A stretch of 64,000 nt of DNA, from contig CAVZYA010000002.1 in assembly GCA_963779415.1 (NCBI GenBank), positions 1,120,001 through 1,184,000 on the forward strand, written 5' to 3'. The position numbers and the translations under genes were made by a program. The notes under the pieces were generated by a model. That model made no database searches and was not told the DNA's origin. It saw nothing but the letters and a program-made list of their open reading frames with translations. This document shows, piece after piece, positions 37,792 through 47,017 of the stretch (position 1 is the stretch's first letter; each line of letters begins with the position of its first letter). Origin of the DNA: an uncultured Acidobacteriota bacterium (GTDB lineage Bacteria > Acidobacteriota > Thermoanaerobaculia > UBA5066).

Positions 37792-39876
37792 TCACCAGAC
37801 CCGGACGCGGTCCGCGGGGGCGAGGTAGAGCTTCTGGCCGGGCTTGACGGCGAAGGCGTCGTACCAGACGTCGAGGTTGCGGACGGTGTCGGCGCGGTAC
37901 TCGGCGGGAGCGTGGCTGTCGACGACGAGCGCCTGCCGCAATGCCGGCTCGCGGAACTTCTTCCGCCAGCTCTGCGCGAAGCTGACGAAGAACTGCTGGT
38001 CGCCCGTGAGCCCTCCGGCCTTCGGGGCCTCCCTGCCGCCGAGGGAGAGGCGGTACGCGTCGTACGCCACGGCGAGGCCGGCGACGTCGGCGAGGTTCTC
38101 GGAGAGCGTCAGCTTTCCGTTCACCTCCGCGTCGGGGAAGGGCCGGTAGGCGTCGTACTGGCGGACGAGCGCGGCCGCGGAGGCGGCGAAGTGGGCGGCG
38201 TCCTCCTTCGTCCACCAGTTCCTGAGCCGCCCTTCCGCGTCGAAGAGGGCCCCCTGGTCGTCGAAGCTGTGGCTGATCTCGTGGCCGATCGTGGCGCCGG
38301 CGGCGCCGTAGTCCATCACCGCCGGCCGCTTCGGATCGAAATACGGCGGCTGCAGGATGGCCGCCGGGAAGTTGAGCGCGTTCATGACCGGGAGGTTGAC
38401 GGCGTTGACGAGCTGCGGGTTCATCACCCACTCGCCCCGGTCGACCGGAGATCCCAGCTTCGCGAGGTTCCGCCGGTACTCGAAGAGCGAGGCCCGCTCG
38501 GCGTTTCCGAGCGCGTCGCCCCGGACGATCTCCAGCCCGGAATAGTCGCGCCACCGGTCCGGGTAGCCGACGCCCACCTTCAGGGCGGCGAGCTTGGCCT
38601 TTGCCCGCGCCTTGGTCTCCGGCGCCATCCATTCCAGCCGGTCGATCCGCTTTTCGAACGCGGCGATCTCGTTCTTCACCATCTCCGCCGCGCGGGCCTT
38701 TTCCGAGGGGGGGAACCAGCGCTCCACGTAGAGCCGGCCGACCGCCTCCCCGAGCGCGGCGCTGGTCGCGTCGACGCCGCGCTTCCAGCGGTCGCGGAGC
38801 CGCGGCGTTCCGGTGAGCGCCTTGCCGTAGAAAGCGAACCGCTCCTCGACGAAGGCCTTCGGCAGGAAGTTTCCCGCGCGCTCGAGAGCGCGGAAGGCGA
38901 GGTATTCCTTCCAGGTTTCGAGCGGCTCGGCGGCGACGAGTCGCGAGATTCCGGTCACGGCGCCGGGCTGCCAGACGACGAACGTCTTCTCTCCGCCGAG
39001 GCCCGCGGCCTCGAAGTACGCCGTCCAGTCGAGCCCGGGAGCGCGGAGAGGGAACTCCGTTCGGGCCCAGTGGTTGTTCGCCTTCAGGACGTCCTCGGAC
39101 TCCTCGCGGGGGAGGTGCGCCTCGGAGATGCGGTGCTCGAGGTCGAAGATCCGCGCGGCCTTCGGTCCGGCGTCGGCGATTCCGGCGAGCTTCAGGACCG
39201 CTTCGATGTGCGCCCTGTACCGCTCCCGGATCCGGACCATGGGCGGCGACGGATCGAGGTAGTAGTCGCGGTCGGGCATCCCGAGGCCGCCCTGAAGGAG
39301 GAAGGGCGAATAGCGCGACGGGTCGTCGAGGTCCTGTGCGACCCAGAGGCCGAACAGGTTGGGAGTGTAGAAATTCGTGGCGTTCAGGGCGTCAACGTCG
39401 GCGCGCAGGGTCGCGCCGAGAGCGCGCGCGAGGCCGGGCGCGTCGGCTACCGCGGCGATCCGGTCGAGCGCGGGGCGGAGGGGATTGAGTCCCTTCGCTT
39501 CGATCGTCTCCTCGTCCATGAAGGTCGCGTAATAGTCGCCGACCTTCCGCGCGTTCGACCCCGGAGGTCCCGGCGCCTTCGCCGCTTCGGCGATCAGGTC
39601 GGCCGTCCGCTTCGCCGTCAGCTCCGTCAGGATCTCCCCGGCGCCCCACGAGCTCTGGTCGGCGGGGATCTCGGCGGTCCGGAGCCAGCTCCCGTTCGCG
39701 TAGCGGAAGAAATCGTCTCCGGGCGCGACGGAACGGTCGAGGCCGGCGAGGTCGATTCCTCCTGCGGCCGGGGCCGCGGCAGGAGCCTCTCCCGCGACGC
39801 GGGAACTCTTCGTGAAGGCGAGAAGGGCGAAAAGGACGAGCGCGGAGGCCGTGGTCGGGCGCAGGCGAGTGATCAT
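37792..39876 (-). CDS. M13 family (neprilysin/PepO-like) metallopeptidase
   Basis: PGDDFFRYANG, VNA, HEISH, ENLAD, HAP; signal peptide. Confidence 0.95.
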   Translation of the reverse strand: MITRLRPTTASALVLFALLAFTKSSRVAGEAPAAAPAAGGIDLAGLDRSVAPGDDFFRYANGSWLRTAEIPADQSSWGAGEILTELTAKRTADLIAEAAKAPGPPGSNARKVGDYYATFMDEETIEAKGLNPLRPALDRIAAVADAPGLARALGATLRADVDALNATNFYTPNLFGLWVAQDLDDPSRYSPFLLQGGLGMPDRDYYLDPSPPMVRIRERYRAHIEAVLKLAGIADAGPKAARIFDLEHRISEAHLPREESEDVLKANNHWARTEFPLRAPGLDWTAYFEAAGLGGEKTFVVWQPGAVTGISRLVAAEPLETWKEYLAFRALERAGNFLPKAFVEERFAFYGKALTGTPRLRDRWKRGVDATSAALGEAVGRLYVERWFPPSEKARAAEMVKNEIAAFEKRIDRLEWMAPETKARAKAKLAALKVGVGYPDRWRDYSGLEIVRGDALGNAERASLFEYRRNLAKLGSPVDRGEWVMNPQLVNAVNLPVMNALNFPAAILQPPYFDPKRPAVMDYGAAGATIGHEISHSFDDQGALFDAEGRLRNWWTKEDAAHFAASAAALVRQYDAYRPFPDAEVNGKLTLSENLADVAGLAVAYDAYRLSLGGREAPKAGGLTGDQQFFVSFAQSWRKKFREPALRQALVVDSHAPAEYRADTVRNLDVWYDAFAVKPGQKLYLAPADRVRVW

Positions 39877-39976
39877 GTCCGGGACGATAGGAAGTTCCCC
39901 TCGAACCCGCAAGGGATCAGGAGGCCGTGGACCGAACCCGGCCCTCGGCCTCCTCGCACCTTGCCCGATGGCGACC

Positions 39977-40597
39977 CTACTTGCCGGGGGTCAGGAGAAC
40001 GTTCGTGACGAGCTGAGGCCGTCCCCCCGAGTAGCTCGACAGATCCAGCTCGCCGTCCTTGAACGACGCCTGAATCATCCCGTAGATCTTCCCTTCACCC
40101 TTTCCGTCCGGGCCGACCGTGACCTCGATGATGCCGATCGGATAGTCCGTCTGAGCCGCCCCCGCCTCGACGCCAGCGAAGGAGAGAGGCCGGGCGGAGA
40201 CGAAGGCGATCCGCCGTCCACCGTTCGGCAGCACCTTCGAGCGAATGACCGGGATCGGGTAGCCGCGGCTGGGCCCGATGCGCACGTATCCCTTCTGTTC
40301 AGAGGCGTAGAGCGTGTCGACCAGCTCTCTCTGCCCCTTCTCTTTCAGGATGTTCTGGAATTTCGCGACCTCGGCGTCTGTTGTGAAGCCCTTCACCTCT
40401 CCCTGGAACATGATCGTCTGTGGCCCTGCCGATCCCATGGCGGAGATCACCCCCGAGACGCTGAGGGGCACCACCATCTGAGCCGCGGGGACTGCCGGCG
40501 CCGCGGTCGAAGCGGACGGCGTGCCGGAGCAGCCGAGAATCAGAACCGCGGGAAAAACCGCCAGAATGAGCGCACGTTTGTTTATGAGGACCTCCAA
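39977..40597 (-). CDS. hypothetical lipoprotein
   Basis: Lipobox ILGC; GGRRIAFVSARPLSF..DYPIG..GKGEG. Confidence 0.7.
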   Translation of the reverse strand: MEVLINKRALILAVFPAVLILGCSGTPSASTAAPAVPAAQMVVPLSVSGVISAMGSAGPQTIMFQGEVKGFTTDAEVAKFQNILKEKGQRELVDTLYASEQKGYVRIGPSRGYPIPVIRSKVLPNGGRRIAFVSARPLSFAGVEAGAAQTDYPIGIIEVTVGPDGKGEGKIYGMIQASFKDGELDLSSYSGGRPQLVTNVLLTPGK

Positions 40598-40752
40598 GCT
40601 CCCTCCAGATTACCTCTCCTTTCCCCTTCGCGGCGGCCATCGACGAGAATACGGCCGTTAATCGTCCCAGGTCCCGCCTTGGCGTGATGCGGGGCGCCGT
40701 CAAGACGGGTATCGATCCATCAACCGCTCACGACCAGAGGAGGATCTGACGA

Positions 40753-42395
40753 ATGCGATTTCGAACCGCTCGATTCCGCCGAATGTCCGTCGTCACTACG
40801 GCGACGGCATTCACCCTCACAGCCTTACTGGCTGCCGCAGGCCCCGCAAGCGCCGCCGACGCCAGGAAGCCGAACATCGTCGTCATCATGGGCGACGACA
40901 TCGGCTGGTTCAACATCGGCGCCTACCACCAGGGCATGATGGCCGGCAGGACGCCGAACCTCGACAAGCTCGCCAAAGAAGGGATGCGCTTCACCGATTA
41001 CTACGCCGAGGCGAGCTGCACGGCGGGCCGCGCAGCCTTCATCACCGGCGAGCTGCCGATCCGCACGGGCATGACCACGGTCGGCCAGGCGGGTGCCAAG
41101 ATCGGGCTCCCCGCCGAGGCGTGCACGATCGCCACCGCGCTGAAGGACATGGGCTATGCCACCGGCCAGTTCGGCAAGAACCACCTCGGCGATCTCAACG
41201 AGTTCCTGCCCACGGTCCACGGCTTCGACGAGTTCTTCGGCTACCTCTACCACCTCGACGCGATGGAAGACCCCGCGCACCCGGCCTACCCGCAGGAGCT
41301 GTTGAACAAGGTCGGCCCGCGGAACATGGTCCACTCGTGGGCGACGAACACGGACGACGCGACGGTAGATGCCGCGCTGGGGCAAGATCGGCAAGCAGAA
41401 GATCGAGGACGCCGGCACGCTCTATCCGAAGCGGATGGAGACGGTGGACGACGAGATCGCGGCTCTCGCCTTCAAGTTCATGGACAAGGCCAAGGCGGAC
41501 AGCAAGCCGTTCTTCGTCTGGCTCAACCCGACGCGCATGCACATCGTCACTCACCTCTCGCCGAAGTACGAGGCGCTGCGCAACTCGAAGAACGGCTGGA
41601 CCATCCACGAAGCCGGGCATGGCCCAGCTCGACGACATCGTCGGCGACGTGATGAAGAAGCTGAAGGAGATGGGCGTGGACGACAACACCATCGTCATGT
41701 TCACCACCGACAACGGCACGGAGACCTTCACCTGGCCGGACGGCGGCAATACGCCGTTCCGGGGAGAGAAAGGGACGATCTACGAGGGCGGCTTCCGCGT
41801 GCCCTGCCTCCTGCGCTGGCCCGGCAAGGTGCCGGCCGACACGGTCCAAAACGGCATCTTTCCGGCCTCGACTGGCTCCCGACATTCGTCGCCGCCGCCG
41901 GCAACCCGAACATCAAGCGACGAACTGCTGAAGGGCAAGAAGATCGGCGACCGGACCTACAAGAACCACCTCGACGGCTACAACCAGATGGACTGATCAC
42001 CGGCAAGGGGCCGTCCGCGCGCCACGAGATCTTCTATTTCGCGGAGAGCACCCTCGGCGCGGTGCGCATCGACGACTTCAAGTATCGGTTCATCGAACAG
42101 CCCCACGGCTGGATCGGCGGTCAAGGTCCATGTCGATGCGCCGGTTCTCGATCAACCTGCGTCTGGACCCCTTCGAGCGCTTCGACTATCCGGATGGGAA
42201 CGCTCACGGGCTCGCAGAAATATTTCTCACTGGTTCCAGTACGAGTTCTGGCGTTTCGTTTTCGTCCAGCAGGAAGTGGGCAAGCTCGCCATGACGGCCA
42301 TCGAGTACCCGCCCATGCAGAAGGGCGCGAGCTTCAACCTCGACGCCGTCAAGGCGGAGATCGAAGCGGCCATGAAGCGAAGCACGGTGCAGTAG
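40753..42395 (+). CDS. arylsulfatase with multiple frameshifts (assembly error or pseudogene)
   Basis: [45 protein letters not shown] spread across three frames. Confidence 0.85.
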
Positions 42396-42409
42396 GCGTA
42401 TAGAACACG

Positions 42410-42442
42410 CGGGCGGCTCGAAAGGGCCGCCCGCTTTCTCTT
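42410..42442 (+). terminator. intrinsic terminator
   Basis: CGGGCGGCTC-GAAA-GGGCCGCCCG then CTTTCTCTT. Confidence 0.7.
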
Positions 42443-42628
42443 ACTCAGAGGACCCAAGGAGTCTCTGAAAGTCAGATTCATGACGTGGTCCCGTGCCACT
42501 CTCGTCGGAGGCGGCGCTTTACTCCTGCTGAATGGAGGCGGCAGCAAGAAATGGCCAGGCCGGTCAAGATGCCGCTGATCGGACCACCGCTTTCCTGATC
42601 GCTGCAGGAGCATGGGAGGATCGGCTCT

Positions 42629-43138
42629 ATGAGCAAGCTGACGACGACACTCAAGGAAGAGTTCCTTGCGTTGCTCCCACCGACGATCTTCTTTTTCGTG
42701 GCTCTGCATATCGTCGTGTTTGTTCGCGTGTTGATGCTGGAGGGAACCGGGCTTTCGCCACTGTCTTCGATGTCGGTGGCGGTCGCCGCCCTCATTCTCG
42801 GCAAGGCAGTGTTAATCGCGGACATGCTGCCGATCATCAATCGCTTTCCCGATAAGCCGCTGATCTACAACGTCGCCTGGAAGACCTTAATCTACCTGCT
42901 GATGGCCTCGCTCATTCACTATCTGGAGCGTCTTGTCGACTTCTGGCGACAAGCTGGCGGCTTTGTGGTCGGGCAACGAAAAGCTGCTGGCGGAAATCGT
43001 GTGGCCGCATTTCTGGGCCATCCAGATCATTCTGTTCGTGCTTGATCTTTCATGTACTGCACGATGCACGAGACTCGCGTGTGATTGGGAGAGAAGAGGA
43101 TGCTGCGGATATTCTTCGGCCCGATGCCCACGTTCTGA
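42629..43138 (+). CDS. small membrane protein, frameshifted
   Basis: EEFLALLPPTIFFF..GKAVLIAD..PLIYNVAWKT; continues in shifted frames (IVWPHFWAIQI...IFFGPMPTF). Confidence 0.7.
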
Positions 43139-43152
43139 ATCGGATGGCTCTG

Positions 43153-44421
43153 ATGACGGGCCGACGGCTCGTTCTTCTTCCGGTCGTCCTGGAAATGGGT
43201 CTGTCAGCCGGCGTCGCCGCACAGGAGGTGCCCCGGCCGGATCCGGCTCCTGCCGCGCCGGCCGCCGCGACGGCGCATCGCCCCTGGAACGAAGTCGAGA
43301 CCTCCTGGATCTCGGTCCGGCTCGGCATGGCGCTTCTGGAGGACGGCGCCTTCTACTCGCAGAACGCCGCGAGCATCCATCAGGTCGGCAACATCCCCTC
43401 CGAGGCGCTCTTCCGCGTCGACGACCTGTCGCTCTCCGGAGAGATCAAGCTTCCTCATCCGTGGCGCTACGAGGTCTCGGGCAACTACAAGGGCCTCGAC
43501 CCGACGGATACACGGGGCTGGACGTTCACCAACATCAACGTCTCCATCCCGCTCGGCGCCTTCGGATCGGTGACGGTCGGCAAGCAGAAGGAAGGCGTTG
43601 GGATGGAGATGATGGCGAACGCCCGGGACCTCCCGTTCATGGAACACTCCACGATGACGACGGCAGCCACGTTCGTCGGGTCGCACGTCGTAGGAGTCCG
43701 GCTCTTCGGGTCGCCGATGGCCGGCCGCCTGACCTGGTCGGTGGGCTGGTTCAACAACTGGCTCGAAGACGGAAAATCGGCGAGCCAGAGCGGCAACATC
43801 TTCGCGGGGCGCGTCACGGGCCTCGCGGTCGAGGAGCACGGAGGCTCAAGGCTCCTCCACCTCGGCGCTTCTGCGGTCTACCGTGAGTCTCAGGATGGGA
43901 GGTTCAGGTCGAAGAGCGTTCCGGAGGTCTACGAGGCCCCGGACTTCGTCGACACCGGCTCCTTCCCGGCCGACCACGCGACGTCGTACAGCGCCGAGCT
44001 GGCCGCGGCCGAAGGTCTGGTCACGCTCTCGGGCGAAGTCACGCGGACGAGCGTCTCCGCTCCCGAGAAGGGGAACCCGGAGTTCTACGGTTTCTACGTC
44101 ATGGCGTCGTGGACGATCACGGGAGAGAGACGTCCCTACCGTCACGCCACGGGCACTTTCGGGGCGATCAGCCCCGCGTCTCCCTTCTCGTTCCGGCACG
44201 GCGGATCCGGCGCCTGGGAGCTGGCCGCCCGTTACTCGGGCGTCGACCTCACGAGCGGTGCGATCCAAGGCGGACGGTTCGACCGGCTGAGCGGAGCCAT
44301 CTCCTGGCGCCCGACGAGGCCGTGGCGGCTCGAATTCAACTACGGCTACGGCACTCTCGACCGCTTCGGGCTGCGGGGCCGGACCAGCTTCTACCAGCTC
44401 CGCCTCCAGTTCGAACTCTGA
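43153..44421 (+). CDS. OprO/OprP-like phosphate-selective porin
   Basis: VGKQKEG, LLHLGAS, SWTITGERRPY, GAWELAARYS, terminal LRLQFEL. Confidence 0.85.
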   Translation: MTGRRLVLLPVVLEMGLSAGVAAQEVPRPDPAPAAPAAATAHRPWNEVETSWISVRLGMALLEDGAFYSQNAASIHQVGNIPSEALFRVDDLSLSGEIKLPHPWRYEVSGNYKGLDPTDTRGWTFTNINVSIPLGAFGSVTVGKQKEGVGMEMMANARDLPFMEHSTMTTAATFVGSHVVGVRLFGSPMAGRLTWSVGWFNNWLEDGKSASQSGNIFAGRVTGLAVEEHGGSRLLHLGASAVYRESQDGRFRSKSVPEVYEAPDFVDTGSFPADHATSYSAELAAAEGLVTLSGEVTRTSVSAPEKGNPEFYGFYVMASWTITGERRPYRHATGTFGAISPASPFSFRHGGSGAWELAARYSGVDLTSGAIQGGRFDRLSGAISWRPTRPWRLEFNYGYGTLDRFGLRGRTSFYQLRLQFEL

Positions 44422-44529
44422 GCGGGTCCCGGGAGTCGGTCGCGGACGCCGCCGTCGGTACCCGCTCGTCCCTCGACGCGGAGTGGCCGAAGCTCCGGTG
44501 ACGGAGCTATCGTGGAAGAAGGAAATCCC

Positions 44530-46569
44530 TTGCCCGTGAGAGCGCCGCTGCGCAAGGTTTCGTCTCTTCGCCCCCTTCTCGCGGTCGCGGCGTCGGCGGT
44601 CCTGGCGGCGCCGGCCTTCGCCTTCGACAGCAAGGGGCACAACGTCATCGAGGCGACGGCCTACCGGTCGCTCATGGAAGGCCACGGAGGCCAGCCCCCT
44701 CGTCCCGACGTCCTCCGCGACCTGATCAACGACGGCGCCCTCGACGCTCCGTGGTGCTTCGGACGGGGCGACAAGCCGCCACGCGACTGCCGCGACGCGC
44801 CGAACGAAAACCCGCTCCTCTGCTGGCCGCAACCCGAGACCGACCGACCCGATGCCTTCTTCCGGCGCCAGTTCAGCGACCCCGGCCAGTGCTTCCACTA
44901 CATGGGAACGCTCACGGACAGCCTCTCGGAGACGCTCCCCGGCACGACCACCCCCCGCGCGCTCGCGACGAGCGCCGTCGTCCGCTGCAACGACCTCCTC
45001 GACGGCCTCCTCCGGCAGGTCGTCGTGGACGGCGGCCCCGGCACGCGCCGGAGCGGCTTCGGCCTCTACGAGATGATGCACGCGGTCGAGGACTCCTTCT
45101 CGGGCTCGCACACGGAGCGGGAGGGGGACAAGGTCGCATCTCTCCGCGTCTGGAAGCCGATCGAGAAGATCGCCGGGATCCCGACCGAGCGCGCGAAGAA
45201 AATCCCCGACAGCGTCTTCCACAAGTGGGACGACCACCGGGACAAGACTTACGTGAAAGAGGGGGGCGAGGACGCGTGCGAAACCCGCACGGCCCATCCG
45301 TACGACGTCCCGTACGAGTGCCTCTCCGACGAGGGAGAGCGCGCCCGGCAGGCGATCGTCGGGCTCCTCGTCCTCGTGAGGGACCTCCGCCTCGCGCAGC
45401 TTTCGGCGCCCCCCGGGACGGACACGCACCCCGAGAAGTCGGAGGCGTGGCAGCAGTACCGGGCGACGTGGTTCACCCCCGTCCATCCCTGCGAGGGAGC
45501 CGAGTGCGACGTCCGCCAGCCCTCCGAGGTCTCCACCGGCAGGTACGCCTTCCTCGGACTCGACACGCGCTACAACCCGACCGGCCGCTTCTTCGACGTC
45601 GCGGCCCGCGGCACGGTGCTCCGGTACGCGGAGGACATCAATCCGTTCGTCTATGCGCTGAGCGCGAGCCTCGGGTACCGGCATTACAACGGTGGGGGAA
45701 ACGCCGGGTTCCTAGGCCTCGGATTCGACTTCGTTCTGCCCCTCGGGTACAAGGCCGCGATCGGGTTCACCCCTGCCGAGCTGCGCACAGTCTTCGGAGG
45801 CCCCAGCGACGGCGCCGAGCTGGTGACGCGCCTCCTCCACTTCAACTACGCCCTGAGCGAGAAGCTCCTCCTCTCGGTCGAGGCGCCGCTCGAGGTGAAC
45901 TGGCGGAAGCCGCAGGCGCAATGGTCGTTCGCGGTCGGGATCAGCTACGCGCTCTCCACGCCGCGCCTCGTGGGAGGCAGCACCCTTCTCTACCACGAGG
46001 AGAAGGTGGAGCGGAAGGACGCGGAATGGGTGCCGCCGCCGGCCCCTTACGGCCGGCTTCAGGGCCGGATCGCCACCCTCTACGCGATCGTGGGCGTTTC
46101 TGTGGCGACTCCCCCCGCCGATGCCGTCGAGGGGAAGAACTACGGCCTCGGGATGCTCGGTGCCGAGATGAGCTGGGACCGCGACCGCTGGGGGGGCCGA
46201 TTCGCCTTCACCCCCGTCGTCTCGCTCGCGGCCGGGTTCCGCGCGACGTCGGGCGAGTCGGTCTACTTCACCGGGACGCTCGGCCTCGGCGTCCGCTGGT
46301 ACTTTCTCGGGCCCCTCGGCCTCTCCGTCACGGCGGTCCGCGTCGAAGGGGGGCCGAAGATCCGCGGCACGGGCGAGACCGACACCTCGGCAGGCGTCCA
46401 CGGCTCTCCGGGAAGCGAGTACTACCTGCTGGCCGGCTCGCGGCTCGGCCTCGCTCTCCGCCTCGGCATCTTCGACCTTCTCGTCGAGGGGCCGACCTTC
46501 GCATGGACTTCGGATCCCGTCGGCAACAACGAGATCCTCAGCTTCCGCCTCGGTATCCGACTGAAGTAG
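44530..46569 (+). CDS. secreted/outer-membrane protein: Zn-PLC/P1-nuclease-like N-domain plus beta-barrel-like C-region
   Basis: Signal peptide ends AFA|FDSKGH; QCFHYM; MHAVEDSFSGSH; amphipathic strands ending FRLGIRLK; start codon uncertain. Confidence 0.65.
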   Translation: MPVRAPLRKVSSLRPLLAVAASAVLAAPAFAFDSKGHNVIEATAYRSLMEGHGGQPPRPDVLRDLINDGALDAPWCFGRGDKPPRDCRDAPNENPLLCWPQPETDRPDAFFRRQFSDPGQCFHYMGTLTDSLSETLPGTTTPRALATSAVVRCNDLLDGLLRQVVVDGGPGTRRSGFGLYEMMHAVEDSFSGSHTEREGDKVASLRVWKPIEKIAGIPTERAKKIPDSVFHKWDDHRDKTYVKEGGEDACETRTAHPYDVPYECLSDEGERARQAIVGLLVLVRDLRLAQLSAPPGTDTHPEKSEAWQQYRATWFTPVHPCEGAECDVRQPSEVSTGRYAFLGLDTRYNPTGRFFDVAARGTVLRYAEDINPFVYALSASLGYRHYNGGGNAGFLGLGFDFVLPLGYKAAIGFTPAELRTVFGGPSDGAELVTRLLHFNYALSEKLLLSVEAPLEVNWRKPQAQWSFAVGISYALSTPRLVGGSTLLYHEEKVERKDAEWVPPPAPYGRLQGRIATLYAIVGVSVATPPADAVEGKNYGLGMLGAEMSWDRDRWGGRFAFTPVVSLAAGFRATSGESVYFTGTLGLGVRWYFLGPLGLSVTAVRVEGGPKIRGTGETDTSAGVHGSPGSEYYLLAGSRLGLALRLGIFDLLVEGPTFAWTSDPVGNNEILSFRLGIRLK

Positions 46570-46594
46570 CGCGGCTCCGGAGCGCCCGCTCCCT

Positions 46595-46822
46595 TCAGTC
46601 GCGGCCTCCGTTCCGAAGAGCGACGGGATGAGAGGCGTTCCGGAGGCCCATCGTCCGGCGATCCCTCAGCCTCTCGAGAAGGGCCTGAGCGTCGGCCCTC
46701 TCCTGCCCGACCGCGGAGAAGAGGCCGGTCAGCCATTCACGCTCGAAGGCCTCCGACGTGACGCGGTAATCGACGCCGTTCGTCCAGCCCTCCGGATCGG
46801 AATCCCGCCACCTCTCTCCCAT
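46595..46822 (-). CDS. small hypothetical protein
   Basis: 75-aa ORF with GGGGTG RBS-like sequence; no recognisable motif. Confidence 0.3.
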   Translation of the reverse strand: MGERWRDSDPEGWTNGVDYRVTSEAFEREWLTGLFSAVGQERADAQALLERLRDRRTMGLRNASHPVALRNGGRD

Positions 46823-47017
46823 CGTTCACCCCCGTTGGCGCTTGTTCCCCTTGAGTGACGTCCGGCCCCCCGTCCGGTTGACACGGAACGACAAGAAGTG
46901 CACCGCCGGGCCTCCTGCTAACAAGGTGCGTGCCAGCCGATCGGTGCCGTTTCGGCCCCGATTGTTTCGAGAACCGGTCTCAATCAACCGATCGAGAGCC
47001 GTCGTCGTCCCGCTCCC

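Noticed and set aside
39986-39995. GGGGTCAGG as another copy of the repeat motif
   Set aside because: Inside a CDS, matches only the core, lacks the GATT and GTG flanks.
46921-46935. Minus-strand TGGCAC-N5-TTGT as a sigma-54 promoter
   Set aside because: The conserved -12 GC is GT and the downstream ORF is itself weak.
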